From an uncultured Verrucomicrobiae bacterium (lineage in GTDB: Bacteria; Verrucomicrobiota; Verrucomicrobiia; Chthoniobacterales; Chthoniobacteraceae), in contig CAWHEP010000002.1 in NCBI GenBank assembly GCA_963828525.1, positions 416,001-480,000 on the forward strand: a stretch of DNA of 64,000 bases, given 5' to 3'. The position numbers and the translations under genes were made by a program. Below the pieces are notes generated by a model. It was given only the letters and a program-made list of their open reading frames with translations, was not told the origin of the DNA and did no database searches. This document shows positions 52,537 to 64,000 of the stretch, in pieces. The stretch's first letter is position 1; the number at the start of each line of letters is the position of its first letter.

Positions 52537-54047
52537 TTAATACGCGTTCTGCCGCCGGATAAAGTCATCAGCATTACCTGAAAATCGAGAAGAACATTCC
52601 AATTTTCCAAGATAATAAAGATCGGCGCGGATGCGCTCGGCCAGGTCGGTATCGCCGCGCAGCCCCTTCACCTGGGCCCAGCCGGTGATGCCGGGCTTGG
52701 CATTATGGCGCGCATTGTAATGGGGAATGTCGTCCTGGAAGTTCTCGATCAGCTCCGGCCGCTCGGGCCGCGGGCCGACCAGGCTCATCTCGCCTTTAAG
52801 CACATTCCAGAACTGCGGCACCTCGTCGATATTCCACCTGCGCATGAAAGCGCCGACCCGCAGCCGGCGCGGATCGTCCTTCACGCACCAGCGCGCGCCG
52901 GTGTCGCTTTCCGCATCCAGCTTCATGCTGCGGATCTTGATGATCTCGAAGGTCTGTCCGTTCCGGCCCATGCGCCGCTGCCGGTAAAAAATCGGGCCGG
53001 GCGATTCCGCCCAGACGATCGAAGCCGAAGATGGCGATCATCGGGACGGAAACGATCAACCCGACGATCGCGCCCAGGATATCGAGCACTCGTTTCAGCA
53101 GGAAATTCGTGGGCACATCCAGCGGCAATTGCGACACCCCGAGCACCGGGACTCCGCTGACCGTTTCCATATGCAGGCCGGAGACCAGGATCTGGAAATA
53201 GGAAGGGATGATCTTGAACTGGATCATCGCCCTCTCGCAAAGGTTGGCCAGGCCCACGATCTCGCCCTTCACGCAATCCACATCGCTCAGGAGGACCATG
53301 TTGATGTCCTGCTCCTGGAAGATCGCCGCCAGGTCTGAATACTCGCCCAGCACCGGCACGTCCGGTTTCACGCGGAACTGCGAGCCCGGAGGAGGGGACA
53401 CAGCCGACCACTTCATAGGGATGGACGGCGTCGGTCTCAAAGCTGTTGCTCAGCTGCTGCGACTCCTCATTCCAGCCTACGAACAGCACCCGCTGCCGGA
53501 GATTGACCGCCGTGCGCGATTGCTGGAGCACCCGGTGGAAGACGTAGCGCCACCCCAGCAGGCCCGTTGTCACGGTGCAGGCGGAGATGACGACGTAAAT
53601 GCGCGAAATGGGCGGCTGGAACTTGAACATGAGCGAAACGCCCAGGAAGCAGACGAACCATAAGGAGCAGGCCTTCACGATCCGCTCCGCCGTGGGCCGG
53701 AAACGCAGGAGGCGGCGGCTGTCGTAAACCTCGAAATAGCTTAACGCGGTAAGCAGCGAGAAGGCGCCGAAAAGGATGTACCCAGCGTAATCTCTCAGGG
53801 TCAGCTTGGCTGGGACGCCGATTTCGTGCATGGCGGTATTAAACCGTAGCCAAAACGCAACGAGCAGCCCGCAGGTCAGCACGAAGGCATCCAGCACCAG
53901 CGCCGTGAGCAGCAGCCGCTCGGCCAGATTCGTGTTTTTCCGCTCCGTGGGGAGCCAGCGGCGAATCGCGTCGGCTCCCAGAAGCCGGGACGCGGGGTCC
54001 AGAACGAAGCGAGGAGCCCGTGCCTCCCCCATCCATACCACCACCAT
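52537..54047 (-). CDS. Priming polyprenyl glycosylphosphotransferase (WcaJ-like); frameshifted
   Basis: N-terminal TM segments, KRVLDI, KIRSM, DDPR, DEVPQFWNVLKGEMSLVGPRPERP, KPGITGWAQV; start uncertain. Confidence 0.88.
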
Positions 54048-54366
54048 CTTTTCTCAGTTGCAGCATTTCCCTATTCTCCCTGTTGTTCCGCCCGGATTTA
54101 TCCCCGGGAAGAGGTTTTTCGATTCGCCGTAGGCTTAATCGGGGTTGTTCCCCCTGTCAAGCGTCGACTGAAATTTCAATATCTTATCACAACCTCCATG
54201 CTGCCCGAAGGGCTGCGGAGATGGTGTCTGGGAGTTGGGAACGGGCACAGAATAGTCAGAATCGGGCCACTTGCAACCCGCATTTGGGCCCTTTGCTGGA
54301 CTACGAATCGCGGGGAATTCCCCCGGCAATGAGGAAAGCCAGGCCTGCGGTGCCGAGGGCAAAAAG

Positions 54367-55489
54367 TCATCCAGCCGTAATTCCGGCGAGGCTCAATTTT
54401 CCCCAGCTTTGCAGCGGGCCGACTCCAAACGCGGCCAACCCGTAGCCCATCTGGTAAAATCCGATCAACCCTCCCGCCACCGACGCGGAGAGCGTCGCCA
54501 GTTCTTTTTGGCCGAAGCTGATGACCAGCGGCAACAGGGCCGAACAGCCCAGCCCCGCCAGACCGAAGGCGGCCACGGCCAGGAACGGATGCGCCTGCGG
54601 CGCCCGCGCGGTGAGGAGAAACGCGAACGCGATCACGAAAGGCAGCGCGCGATAGGTCAGGCGCGGCGGACACCATTTCCCGGCGGCGGCGAACAGGATC
54701 CGGCCGCCAGTCACGGCCGCCCAAAACAGGGTGAGAGCCAGCGAGGCGAGGGCGGGCGGCGCATGCAGCCCGGCCGACATGTAGACGGTGGACCAGTTCG
54801 CATTCATCGTTTCGCAGATGCCGTAGAGCAGTGCGAAAGCCGCATAAGAGCCAGAAACGGACAGGAATTTTCCCCTTGGGATGCATGGCAGCGGCAGGCG
54901 GTGGCGCCGGTGTTTCCAAGGGGAGACGGGCGCTGAACAAGAGGAGCCCGGCCGCCAGGCCGCTCATCAGGATGGGCAGGCCCCACCAGATTCCAAGACC
55001 GACGAAAAGCGTCGCAAAGATCGGCGCGAGCGCCGTGCCCAGCCCGAGCAGGGCGTTCAGCGTAAGGATGGCGCGTGTCCACCTTTCCGGGAAAGAAGGC
55101 CGCGGTAAAGGTGTTGAGCGCCGGGCACGGCAAAGCCGAAGCCGATCCCCAGGCAAGCGGTCGCCGCCAGCAGAAGGCCGTAGGCCAGCGGAGTGATCCG
55201 CGGCTGCGAACTGGCTGAGGAAAAGCAGCGCCATGGCGAGCAGATCCGCCGCGAGCCCGAGCAGGAAAATCCGCTTGCCGCCAAGCTGCCGGGTCAGCCC
55301 CGCGCCGAGCAGCGAGGCGAGGATGGCGGTGATGGCCTGCGGCACAAACATGCCGCCATACTCGGCGGTCGAAAGACCGTAATGCGCCGGGCTGGTGAAG
55401 ATGGCGCTGACCGCGGGAAAGGTGACGAGCACCACTCCCTGGATGACGGCCGCCGCATAAACGGCGGCGATTTCCCGGCGTTGCGCCAT
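54367..55489 (-). CDS. MFS transporter; frameshifted
   Basis: Polytopic fragments, LNALLGLGTALAP, GLGCSALLPL, GYGLAAFGVG; end approximate. Confidence 0.75.
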
Positions 55490-55497
55490 GCGCGGCG

Positions 55498-57059
55498 CTA
55501 CTTGAGGCGCTCCAGCAGATGATCGCCCACGCGCAGCGCGTTGGCCATGGCGGTGAGCGCCGGGTTCACCGCGCCGATGCTGGGGAAGAAGCTGGTGTCG
55601 ACCACGTAGAGATTATCCAGCTCGTGCGCCTTGCAGTTGGTATCGAGCACGGAGGTCTTCGGGATCGGTGCCGAACCGGCAGGTGCCGGACTGGTGGGCC
55701 ACGCCGGCCACGCCGACGTCGTTCTTCATATAGAGCGTGCGCGGGATGAGATGCTCGTGCATGTCCGAGCTGGTTGAGCATCGACTTCAGCTTGTCGTAG
55801 AGCCGGTTGCTCGCCTCCTGGTTCGTGGCCTGGTAACTGAGCGATGATCGTGCCGTCCCGATCCGACCGTGATGCGGTTATCCGGGCTGGGGCAGATCCT
55901 CGGTCATGAGCCAGAAATCGACGGCGTGCTCGGCCAGCTTTTCCAGCGCCCAGTCCGGCGCGAGCATGGTCTCGATCGGCTTTTCGCCCCGATACATCGG
56001 CGCCTGCGACTTGCCGACCATCTGGATGTTGCCCGCCGGGTAACTCGAAGCCGTCCATGCCGAAATAAAAGTCATTCAGCCCGAGCGTCTTCTGGTACTT
56101 GGTCGGGTTCGGCTCCTTCGAGATGGCCAGCACGGCCTGGCTGGTGTGGAACATGTAATTGCGCCCCACCTGGTCCGAGCCATTGGCCAGCCCGTTCGGG
56201 TGTTTGTCATTGGCGGACATCAGCAGCAGCTTCGCCGAGTGGGCCGCGCCGCAGGAGAGGACGACGATGCCGCCGCGGAAACGCTCCACGTCGCCCGTCG
56301 TGCTCCACCACCACTTCGGTCACTGCGGTGCCCTCGCCGTTGGTGTTCAGCTTCACTGCCTTCGCATGGATGAGGAGCGTGACGTTCGGGTGCTCCAGCG
56401 CGGGCCGCACGGCCGAGCACTTCCGCGTCCGACTTTGCATGCACGACGCAGGGAAAGCCGTCGCAATCCATGCAGCGCACGCAGGTGCTGTAGGGCATGT
56501 TCGCCTCGTTCAGCATGATGCCGCAGGGCGAGTGGAAGGGATGATAACCGGCGCGGGCGAGATCGTCGGAGAGCTTCTGGATGCGCGGCTCGTGCGAGAC
56601 GGGCGGGAAAGGGATAGGGCGCGCTGGCGGGCGGCTCGGTGGGGTCTTCGCCGCGCGTGCCGTGCACCTGGTAGAGCTGCTCGGCCTGGGTGTAGTAGGG
56701 CTCCAGGTCGTCGTAGCCGATGCGGCCAGCCGGGCGAGATGCCGTCGCAATGCGCGAGCGGGCTGAAATCCTCCTTCGCGCAGGCGGTAGAGGGCCGCGC
56801 CGTACATCTTGGTGGCGCCGCCCACATAGTGATAGGTGCCGGGCTGGAACGGCTTGCCCTTCTCGTCGTGCCAGATATCCGCGGAGACGTAGCGGTTCTT
56901 CTGGAAGACCTCCTCGGCGCTCCAGTTTTCCGGCTCGCGCTTCAGCCAGCCGCCGCGCTCCAGGATGAGGATGCTTTTGCCGGAAGGCGCCAGATGTTGC
57001 GCCAGGGTGCCGCCGCCCGCGCCGCTGCCGATGATGATGATGTCGTAATCGGTTTTCAT
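55498..57059 (-). CDS. GMC family oxidoreductase; frameshifted
   Basis: IIGSGAGGG, ILERG, VGGATKMYGA, GLANGSDQVGRNYMFH; C-terminal NLYVVD.SFFP..AVNP.LT.MANA.RV read from the DNA. Confidence 0.88.
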
Positions 57060-57195
57060 GACCCAAGCTGCCGTGCCGCAGTGGCAGGAGAGTGGTCCAG
57101 CCGCGGACCGCGCGCGAGCACAATAGGCCAAAATTCAGACTTTTACTTTGCGCGCTACAGCGCGACACTCGAGGCCGACGAATCAACCGCATACC

Positions 57196-58106
57196 ATGAA
57201 ATTCCATCCCTTTTCCTTTGCCTGGTTTTACTCCGCGGCGGCCTGCTGGCCGCGCGCGAGCCGCGCCGCCTGCGGATGATTCTGCCGTCATCGCCCGCGT
57301 CGGGCGACACGGAATTGAAGGCCGCGGAAATCCGCGACACGATCCGAGGCCTGGATGCAAATGCCCAGGCGGCCATCGCACGGGATCCCTCCGCGCTGAG
57401 CCAGGTGGTGCGGGCGATCCTGACCCAGCGCCTGGTGCTGCAGGAGGCGCAGGCGGCGAAGTGGGATCAAAATCCCGGCCGCCGCCGCGCAGATCGCCCG
57501 GGCGCGGGATAACGCGGTCATCGAAACCTATCTGCAATCCGTCTCGCAGCCGCCCGCCAGCCTATCCCTCCGATGCCGAGCTGCAGGCCGCCTACGACGC
57601 GAACAAGAGCGCCTTGGTGGTGCCGCGGCAATACCGGCTGGCGCAGGTCTTCGTGAAATCCCCCAAAGGCGCCGGCGCGGATGCGGCGGCCAAGGCGCAG
57701 GTGAAGGTGGATGGCATCCGCAAGCGACTGCGCCAGCGCGATGCGGATTTCGCGACCGTGGCCCGTGCGGAAAGCGACGAGCCGGAAAGCGCGGCCAACG
57801 GCGGCGAAATCGGCTGGCTGGCGGAGAGCCGCATCCAGCCTGAAATCCGCTCGCAGCTCGGGTCGTTAAACAAGGGGAGCATGTCCGAACCGGTGCGCCT
57901 GGACGACGGGTGGCACATCCTCAAAGTGCTGGATGTGAAGGAGCCCTACACTCCCGCGCTGGCGGAGATCCGCCCGCAGCTTGCCCAGAGAATGCGGGCC
58001 GAGCGCGCCAAGGCCCTGAGCCAGGACTACGTGGCGAAGCTCGTGCAGGCAGCATCCGGTCGAGGTGAATGAACTCTCGCTTTCGAAAATCCTGAGCCAG
58101 CCCTAG
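57196..58106 (+). CDS. PpiC/parvulin-type peptidyl-prolyl isomerase; frameshifted
   Basis: LQAAYDANK, YRLAQVF, DFA.VAR..SD...SA..GGEIGW, SEPVR...GWHILKV. Confidence 0.8.
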
Positions 58107-58121
58107 AATCCAAAGCTGGCA

Positions 58122-60733
58122 ATGAAGTTCTCCCCCCTCCTCGCCATCCTCTCTTTCGGCCTCCTGTGCTCATCACTCCTGCTTGCGCGGGAGCCTCGCG
58201 GGAACGGCTGAATTTCAACGCCGGCTGGCGCTTCCACCTGGGGCGATCCGCGGATGCCAGCCAGGGCCAGCTCGATTACCCCGCGCTCAAGGACTTCATG
58301 CTCGCCACGGGCAACGATCTGGCGAAGGGAACGCCCGTGGCGCGCCCGCCCGGCGATCCCGGTGCGGATGTCTCCTTCGTCAAGCCCGGGTTCGATGACA
58401 GCGAACTGGCGGAAGCTGAATTTGCCGCACGACTGGGCGATCGAAGGACCTTTCGATATCAACGATCGCGGGGAGACCGGCAAGCTGCCGTATTGGGGTC
58501 AGGCTTGGTATCGCAAGCATTTCACCCTCCCCGCCGAGGATGCGGGCCGGGACATCGTGTTGGAAATTGATGGCGCGATGTCTTACTCGAGCGTCTGGAT
58601 CAACGGGCATCTGGCCGGTGGCTGGCCTTACGGGTATTCCTCCTACCAGACCGACCTCACGCCCTATGTCAAAACCGGGGCGGACAATGTTATTTCCATC
58701 CGCCTGAACAACCCGCGTGAGTCCTCGCGCTGGTATCCCGGCGGCGGGCATCTACCGCAACGTCTGGCTTACCAAAACCTGCGCCTGTCCATATTGCGCA
58801 TTGGGGAACTTATCTTACCACCCCGGAGGTCTCTGCCACCTCCGCAACCGTTCATCTAAAGTGCACCGTGCAGAACCAAGGCGGAAAAGAAGCTCAAATT
58901 ACGGCGGCCACCAACATCTATGAGCTCGATGCACAGGAGCGGAAAGCGGATGCAGTCGCTGCTTTGCCGAGTGTCTCCCTCACCGTCGCCGCGGGACAGG
59001 TTCAAACATTCGAAAGTAGCCGATCCATCGACCATCCGCGGCTTTGGGATACGCAACACCCGCAGCGTTACGCAGCCGTCACCGAGTTAACCCAGGATGG
59101 CAAGGTGGTGGATCGCTACGAGACTCCCTTCGGCATTCGCTCGATCAAGTTCGATCCCAGCCAAGGTTTTCTTCTCAACGGAAAGCACGTTATCCTGCAG
59201 GGGGTCTGCGGCCATCACGACCTCGGCGCGCTGGGGGCGGCATTTAATCTCCGCGCCGCGGAGCGCCAACTGGAGATCTTAAAGGAAATGGGGGTGAATG
59301 CCCTGCGCACCAGCCATAACATGCCGGCGCCGGAGCTGCTGGATCTCTGCGACAAGATGGGCATTCTGGTGATGGACGAGTCGTTCGATTGCTGGCAACT
59401 CGGCAAGAAGCCGAACGATTACCATCTCCTGTTCAACGACTGGCACGAGAGGGACCAGCGTGCGGAATATCGCCGCGACCGGAATCACCCCAGCGTGATC
59501 ATGTGGAGCCTGGGCAATGAAATCCCTGGGCAGGGCAAGCCGGAGTCAGTCGCGCTGTTCAGCCAAATGGCCGCGATCGCGCACGATGAGGATCCCACCC
59601 GGCCGGCTACTCTCGGTGCCAATCATATCGAGAAATTCGATCCGGATTTTACGGCAGTTTTCGATCTAGCGGGGGAAAATTACGACCCTGCCATGTACGC
59701 GGGATTCAAGCAGGCCCACCCAAACATCCCGTTATTCGCCAGTGAGACCGCTTCCACCTGCAGCTCGCGAGGAATTTACTTCCTTCCCCTGGAAGTGACC
59801 AAGAGTGACTTCCAGGTTAGTTCTTACGACAACTATATCCCGGGCTGGGCCAACCCGGTTGAGACCGAGTTTCGCGCGCTGGATGAAAATCCCTGGGTCG
59901 CAGGGGAGTTCGTCTGGACGGGTTTCGATTACCTGGGCGAGCCGACGCCTTACAATGCCGACCAAACGAACCTGCTGAACTTTCGCGATAATCCGGCCAA
60001 GCAGGCGGAGATGGCGGAACAACTTAAACAGTTCGGGAAAATCAAGTCGCCCTCCCGCAGTTCTTATTTCGGCATTGTCGACTTATGCGGTTTCAAGAAG
60101 GACCGCTTCTATCTTTACCAGTCCCGCTGGCGTCCCGATTTTCCCATGGCGCATCTCCTTCCGCATTGGAACTGGCCGGACCGGGTGGGCCAGAAGATCC
60201 CGGTGTACGTCTATTCCTCCGGCGACGAGGTGGAACTCTTCCTGAATGGCAAGTCGTACGGAAAAGAGAAGCGCGCGCCGCAGGACTACCGGTTCAGATG
60301 GGATAACGTGACTTATGCTCCCGGCGAACTGAAAGCGGTCGCTTACAAAGACGGCAAGTGGTGGGCGGAGGATAAAGTCGAGACCACCGGCAAGGCGGTC
60401 TCCGTGCAATTGGCGGCAGACCGCGCCAAAATGCGCGGCGATGGCCTTGACTTATGTTACGTTACCGCGCGAATTGCGGATGAAAAAGGCCTGAACGTGC
60501 CGGTGGCGCAGAACAGAGTGGTGTTTTCCATCCTGAGCGGCCCGGGCGAGATCATCGCCACTGATAATGGAGACGCCACCGATCTTGAGACCTTCTCCAA
60601 TCCTTCCCGCCGAGCCTTCAACGGGTTGGCTCTCGCAATTGTCCGAGTCAAGGCGGGACAGCGGGGAGACATCCGGATCGCCGCTGCCTCAAATGGGTTG
60701 AAGTCAGGCGAATGCGTTATCCATGCGGAGTAA
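58122..60733 (+). CDS. GH2 beta-galactosidase; frameshifts in the 5' third
   Basis: FNAGWRF, LPHDWAIEGPF, WYRKHF, SRWYPG.GIYRNV, HHDLGALG, RTSHN, RNHPSVIMWSLGNE, SET, FVWTGFDYLGEPTPY, LPHWNW. Confidence 0.92.
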
Positions 60734-60774
60734 GTTCCCCGCGGCTGCGCATGCCGGGACTTTCAGCGACTGGT

Positions 60775-62091
60775 CTAAGCGCGCCTGCGGAGCTTTCTCT
60801 TTCCGCAAGCGCCCAGGCAGGCGAGCCCGGCGCCCAGCAGGCTGATCGTGCCCGGTTCCGGAACGACGGCCGGCGCATTCAGCCGCCCGAAGAGGCCGTC
60901 CGCCTCGTTGTTGGGCCCGGCAGTGAAATAAAGCGCGTTCGCATCGCCCAGGCTTACCCCATTGCCGAAGGTCAAACCCCACAAGCCGTCGATGCTGACG
61001 GGATCGCCGGAGGGATCGCGCAGGTCGTCGATGAAATCCCCGGTAATGGGATCGAAGGCGGCAATCGTTCCGTTGCCAAAGTTTCCCACCAGCAGATCTC
61101 CGCCAAATTTGCCGAAGCTGGCGGGTGCGATCACCATGCCCCAAGGCGCGTTCAGGTTTCCCTTGTCGACAAAGTCTTTGATTAAGGCGCCCGTTTCGCT
61201 GTACTCCACCACGTGGCCCAGCCCTGCGCCGCTGAGCTGCTCCATCCCCTCATCTCCATCGGGATTGAACGCCGCATAGGCGACATAGAGGTCGCCGTTC
61301 AGATCCATGATATTAAACGGATGCAGATTGCCCACGTCGGCGGGAGTCTGGAAGGTATAGCTGGAGCTGACGTCGGCCCATTGGTTATTGAAGGTTTCAA
61401 TGACATTGTTGCGGAAGTCAGTGGCAAAGAGATGGTTTCCCCCCTGCGCGGTGAAGGCCGGGCTGGTGTAGGCGTTCTGCGTCATGGCCACGCCGCTGAA
61501 AACCGAGTTGGCCGCATGGGGAAAGTTCCCCTCTTTCGAGTAATCGACGATTACCGGAGCGCTCGTCATGGCCGTGGCAGTGTTGGAGCGCCAGGCGTTG
61601 ATGGCGCCGTCTTCCGTGACGAAGACGAACTTAGCCGAGCCTGAGGTGCCTCCCGGAATGGGAGTCGGCGGATGGGTGGAATCATTATCGGCCGGACCCG
61701 AGACTGCGAACTCAACGGGCTGTCCGGCAATGTCGCTCGCAGAGTTATAGACCTGCCCCGTGACAAACGCTTCGCCGTGGTCCGTAAAGGTGGGAGTATC
61801 CAGCGGCACGGAGGTCAGTCCATCCTGGTGGAGAGGCATGCCGTTCACGTCGCCGATGTACTCCGAAGAGGTGCCCGTCTCGGCATTGGCGATCCAGATA
61901 TGCCCGCCGGCGCCGGGCGGCCGCAAAGCAATCCCCCAGGCATCGAGCATATTGGGATCCACGATTTGCGGATTGTAAGACGCTTTGTCGGCGACCAGGT
62001 TGGTCTGAGTGTAGGAGTTATCCTGCGCCCGGCCGGCCGCGGCGGAGGCGGCCAGCGAGAGGGCGGTGGCCAGGATCAAACGATTTGGCAT
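60775..62091 (-). CDS. TIGR03118-family protein with C-terminal PEP-CTERM sorting signal
   Basis: YTQTNLVAD, DAWGIA, TGQVYN, FVTEDG, LNAPWG, LLVGNFG.G.I, IDGLWGL.FG, LYFTAGP; ends VPEPGTISLLGAGLACLGACGKRKLRRRA. Confidence 0.9.
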   Translation of the reverse strand: MPNRLILATALSLAASAAAGRAQDNSYTQTNLVADKASYNPQIVDPNMLDAWGIALRPPGAGGHIWIANAETGTSSEYIGDVNGMPLHQDGLTSVPLDTPTFTDHGEAFVTGQVYNSASDIAGQPVEFAVSGPADNDSTHPPTPIPGGTSGSAKFVFVTEDGAINAWRSNTATAMTSAPVIVDYSKEGNFPHAANSVFSGVAMTQNAYTSPAFTAQGGNHLFATDFRNNVIETFNNQWADVSSSYTFQTPADVGNLHPFNIMDLNGDLYVAYAAFNPDGDEGMEQLSGAGLGHVVEYSETGALIKDFVDKGNLNAPWGMVIAPASFGKFGGDLLVGNFGNGTIAAFDPITGDFIDDLRDPSGDPVSIDGLWGLTFGNGVSLGDANALYFTAGPNNEADGLFGRLNAPAVVPEPGTISLLGAGLACLGACGKRKLRRRA

Positions 62092-62216
62092 AGAGTAACT
62101 TTCTGAACAATGATGGCTTAAGCCGGCCGGCGGGAGGAGCGCCGGGAAGCAGTGAAAACTAGGACTGCTGCGAAACCGGCCATGGCGCAACTGCACGGTT
62201 CCGGCACGGCGGCGGT

Positions 62217-62269
62217 AAAAGTTGGCGCGGATGGACTCCTCATAAAGAGCAGGAGTCCATCCGGCGCCA
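62217..62269 (-). terminator. Rho-independent terminator after the phosphoesterase gene
   Basis: GGATGGACTCCT-N10-AGGAGTCCATCC perfect 12-bp stem with GGCGC/GCGCC outer arm, followed by ACTTTT on the minus strand. Confidence 0.7.
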
Positions 62270-62274
62270 GTGAC

Positions 62275-63740
62275 TTATATTCCGCGCAGGCTGCGGCGTT
62301 TCGCGCCCCATACCATTAGGCCCAGTGCGCCGAAAGCGATCACGCCCAGCGAGCCCGGCTCGGGCACGGCGGCAGGGATGACCCCCGGTTGAAACAGGTC
62401 GGACAGATCGGCCGCCGCACCGCCGCCGTCGGGGTTGGTGCTGGAATTGGAAGCGTTGGCCGCATCATTGAGGTACCCGGTCCCTGTCCCGGTGGAGACC
62501 TGGTAGATTTCCTGCAGCGTGGCCAGATCCGAGGAGTGCGTGTAGGTTCAGCGTGCTCGCGTAGGCATTGCCCTTGGCCAGCTTCGAGATGACGATCTCC
62601 ATCAGCGTGTGATTGAAGTCGTTGCATTGCCGGTGGCGGACTCGGTCTCGTCCGTCCAGATGACAATCACGCCGTCATTCTGGAAGGCTGGGAAGCCATG
62701 ATCTGCGGCACCACGATGGAGAGGAAGTTATCCCCTTGCGCGATCTGGGCCTGGGCGCCGGTGAAGGCCTGGCCATTGTAAGTGAAGCCGCCGGAAAGGG
62801 CGGTGTGCATGTCATTGTACTGGTCCGGGCGTAATCAGGTTGTACTTGCCTACGGTGTTGTTCGCGAGGTCGCTCGCCAGGCTCTGCAGCGGCTCGTAGT
62901 GGGAGACCTCCACGTTATTGGTCCCGGTGACGCCGACATAGGCCGTCTTGCCGCCGGAGGTGGTCACCGTGTAGCCGCCATTGGTATCGGCGTAGAAAAG
63001 CGAACCGTCGTGCTTCGCCGCGAAATTGTACTGATGGCTGCCATTATAGGGATTGGTATAGCTGGTGGAAGTGCCGCTGAAGCTGGAGAGCGGGACCGTG
63101 TTCTGGTTGGAAGCCACCGTGCCGGAGGTCACCAGGTTGCCGGCGCCGCCGGTCAGGAGGTTTTCGTTCGAACCGTTCGCCGTCGCGAGATCGATGTCTT
63201 CCTGGTAGCTGTTCCAGGAAATGCCGGCATTTTGCAGCATTCCGGACAGATTCTGGGTATTGATGCCGGGGTTGGCCGCCTCCAGATTCTGGATGGCTTG
63301 CACGGCCTGGCCCGACCCAAACGGATCGTTGTCGTTGTTGATGCCGTTATTCGCTGTGTTCGGCGCGGTGTTCGTGTTGTAGTTGGTCCCCGCTTCCTGC
63401 CATAGGTAGTTCGGCTCCGAGGGGTGGATGCTGGGATTCGCTCCCGTGGGCGTGGAGAGCACATTATGGTAGTCTTTGGCATACGAGACATACTGCGCGT
63501 TCGCATTGCCCGGGGTAATGAGGCTGTTGATGTAAGGAGCGTAGGTGCTGGCGGCCGCCGCGCCGTAGATCGGCGGGAGAAGAGCTTTGGTCGGCAAGCG
63601 GGTCGGTGGCAGTTGTTGTTTTCCATCTCGATGTAGAAAACATCGCCAACTTGCTGGGTGGCCTGTGCGTGCGAGGTGCGCGCCAGAAACAGGCAGCCGG
63701 CGGCGATCAGCCCGGGTGCGATGAGGTTGCGAGTAGTCAT
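62275..63740 (-). CDS. Phosphoesterase (acid phosphatase/alkaline phosphatase superfamily) with PEP-CTERM tail; frameshifted
   Basis: Signal peptide; VFYIEMENN, HPSEPNYL..EAG, SWNSYQED, FAAKH, ITP..NDMH, WTDE; ends VPEPGSLGVIAFGALGLMVWGAKRRSLRGI*. Confidence 0.82.
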
Positions 63741-63892
63741 AAGGTGAGTAAGTGGATTGACTGGAGTTAGTAAGTAGGTGGATTTAGGCTGCACGCTTTC
63801 CGGAAGTGAAAGACACCCCGGTAAGCGCCGGGGAATAGACCAGAGAGCAGCGCTCCGGGACACGTGAAAGTTGTAACTTTCAGACGTCGATT

Positions 63893-63910
63893 GTGACGGT
63901 GAAATTACAA
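63893..63910 (-). promoter_or_regulatory. Pho-box-like direct repeat
   Basis: Minus strand TTGTAAT-TTCA-CCGTCAC has the 7-4-7 (11-bp period) architecture of the PhoB box CTGTCAT-N4-CTGTCAC; about 150 bp upstream of a phosphoesterase. Confidence 0.5.
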
Positions 63911-64000
63911 GTGCAACTATTCAGTAATAGTTATCTCCCGCCGATGGAGAAGAGTAAGAATCAAGTAACAAATTGACCGTCAAACATGACATCAGGCAGC

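Noticed and set aside
1537..63405. Numerous long antisense or alternate-frame ORFs (e.g. 6323..7282, 9380..10594, 38616..39812, 55869..57512)
   Set aside because: Shadow ORFs expected in high-GC DNA opposite well-supported genes; no family motifs
1..64000. CRISPR arrays, tRNA/rRNA genes, integrase or prophage genes, cobalamin riboswitch near eutBC
   Set aside because: No repeat-spacer pattern, structural RNA signature or phage/integrase motif was recognised by eye; covariance-model searches were not possible

Overview
This is a GC-rich bacterial window. PEP-CTERM proteins and an ECF sigma factor paired with a zinc-ribbon membrane Ser/Thr kinase suggest Verrucomicrobiota or a related PVC lineage (inference). 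From left to right it holds: (1) a GH28 gene, then an organic-amine locus made of an APC permease with a consensus sigma-54 promoter, an XRE-cupin regulator, an interposed GH92, and mgsABC (glxBCD) divergent from gmaS (glnT). gmaS is followed by a monomeric sarcosine/N-methyl-amino-acid oxidase, a GNAT and an M20 peptidase, and no mgdABCD is present in the window. (2) A variable region downstream of an intact comM, with an ECF-STK pair, a decayed second copy of part of comM, a flavin reductase, and an AT-rich GH108 muramidase plus LprI-type inhibitor pair whose inhibitor gene is split by a complete IS5-family element (TTAG target duplication). (3) GH28 and a minimal eutBC plus permease locus. 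(4) A ~26 kb Wzx/Wzy-type polysaccharide cluster with two flippases, two polymerase-like proteins, glf, an acyltransferase and embedded glycan hydrolase-like genes. (5) MFS, GMC oxidoreductase, a PpiC-type isomerase, GH2, and two PEP-CTERM proteins with a Pho-box-like site upstream. Many genes at about 6-10, 26-37, 48-59 and 62-64 kb are broken by single-base indels in block-like fashion. These are most likely long-read consensus errors, so those gene boundaries are approximate.
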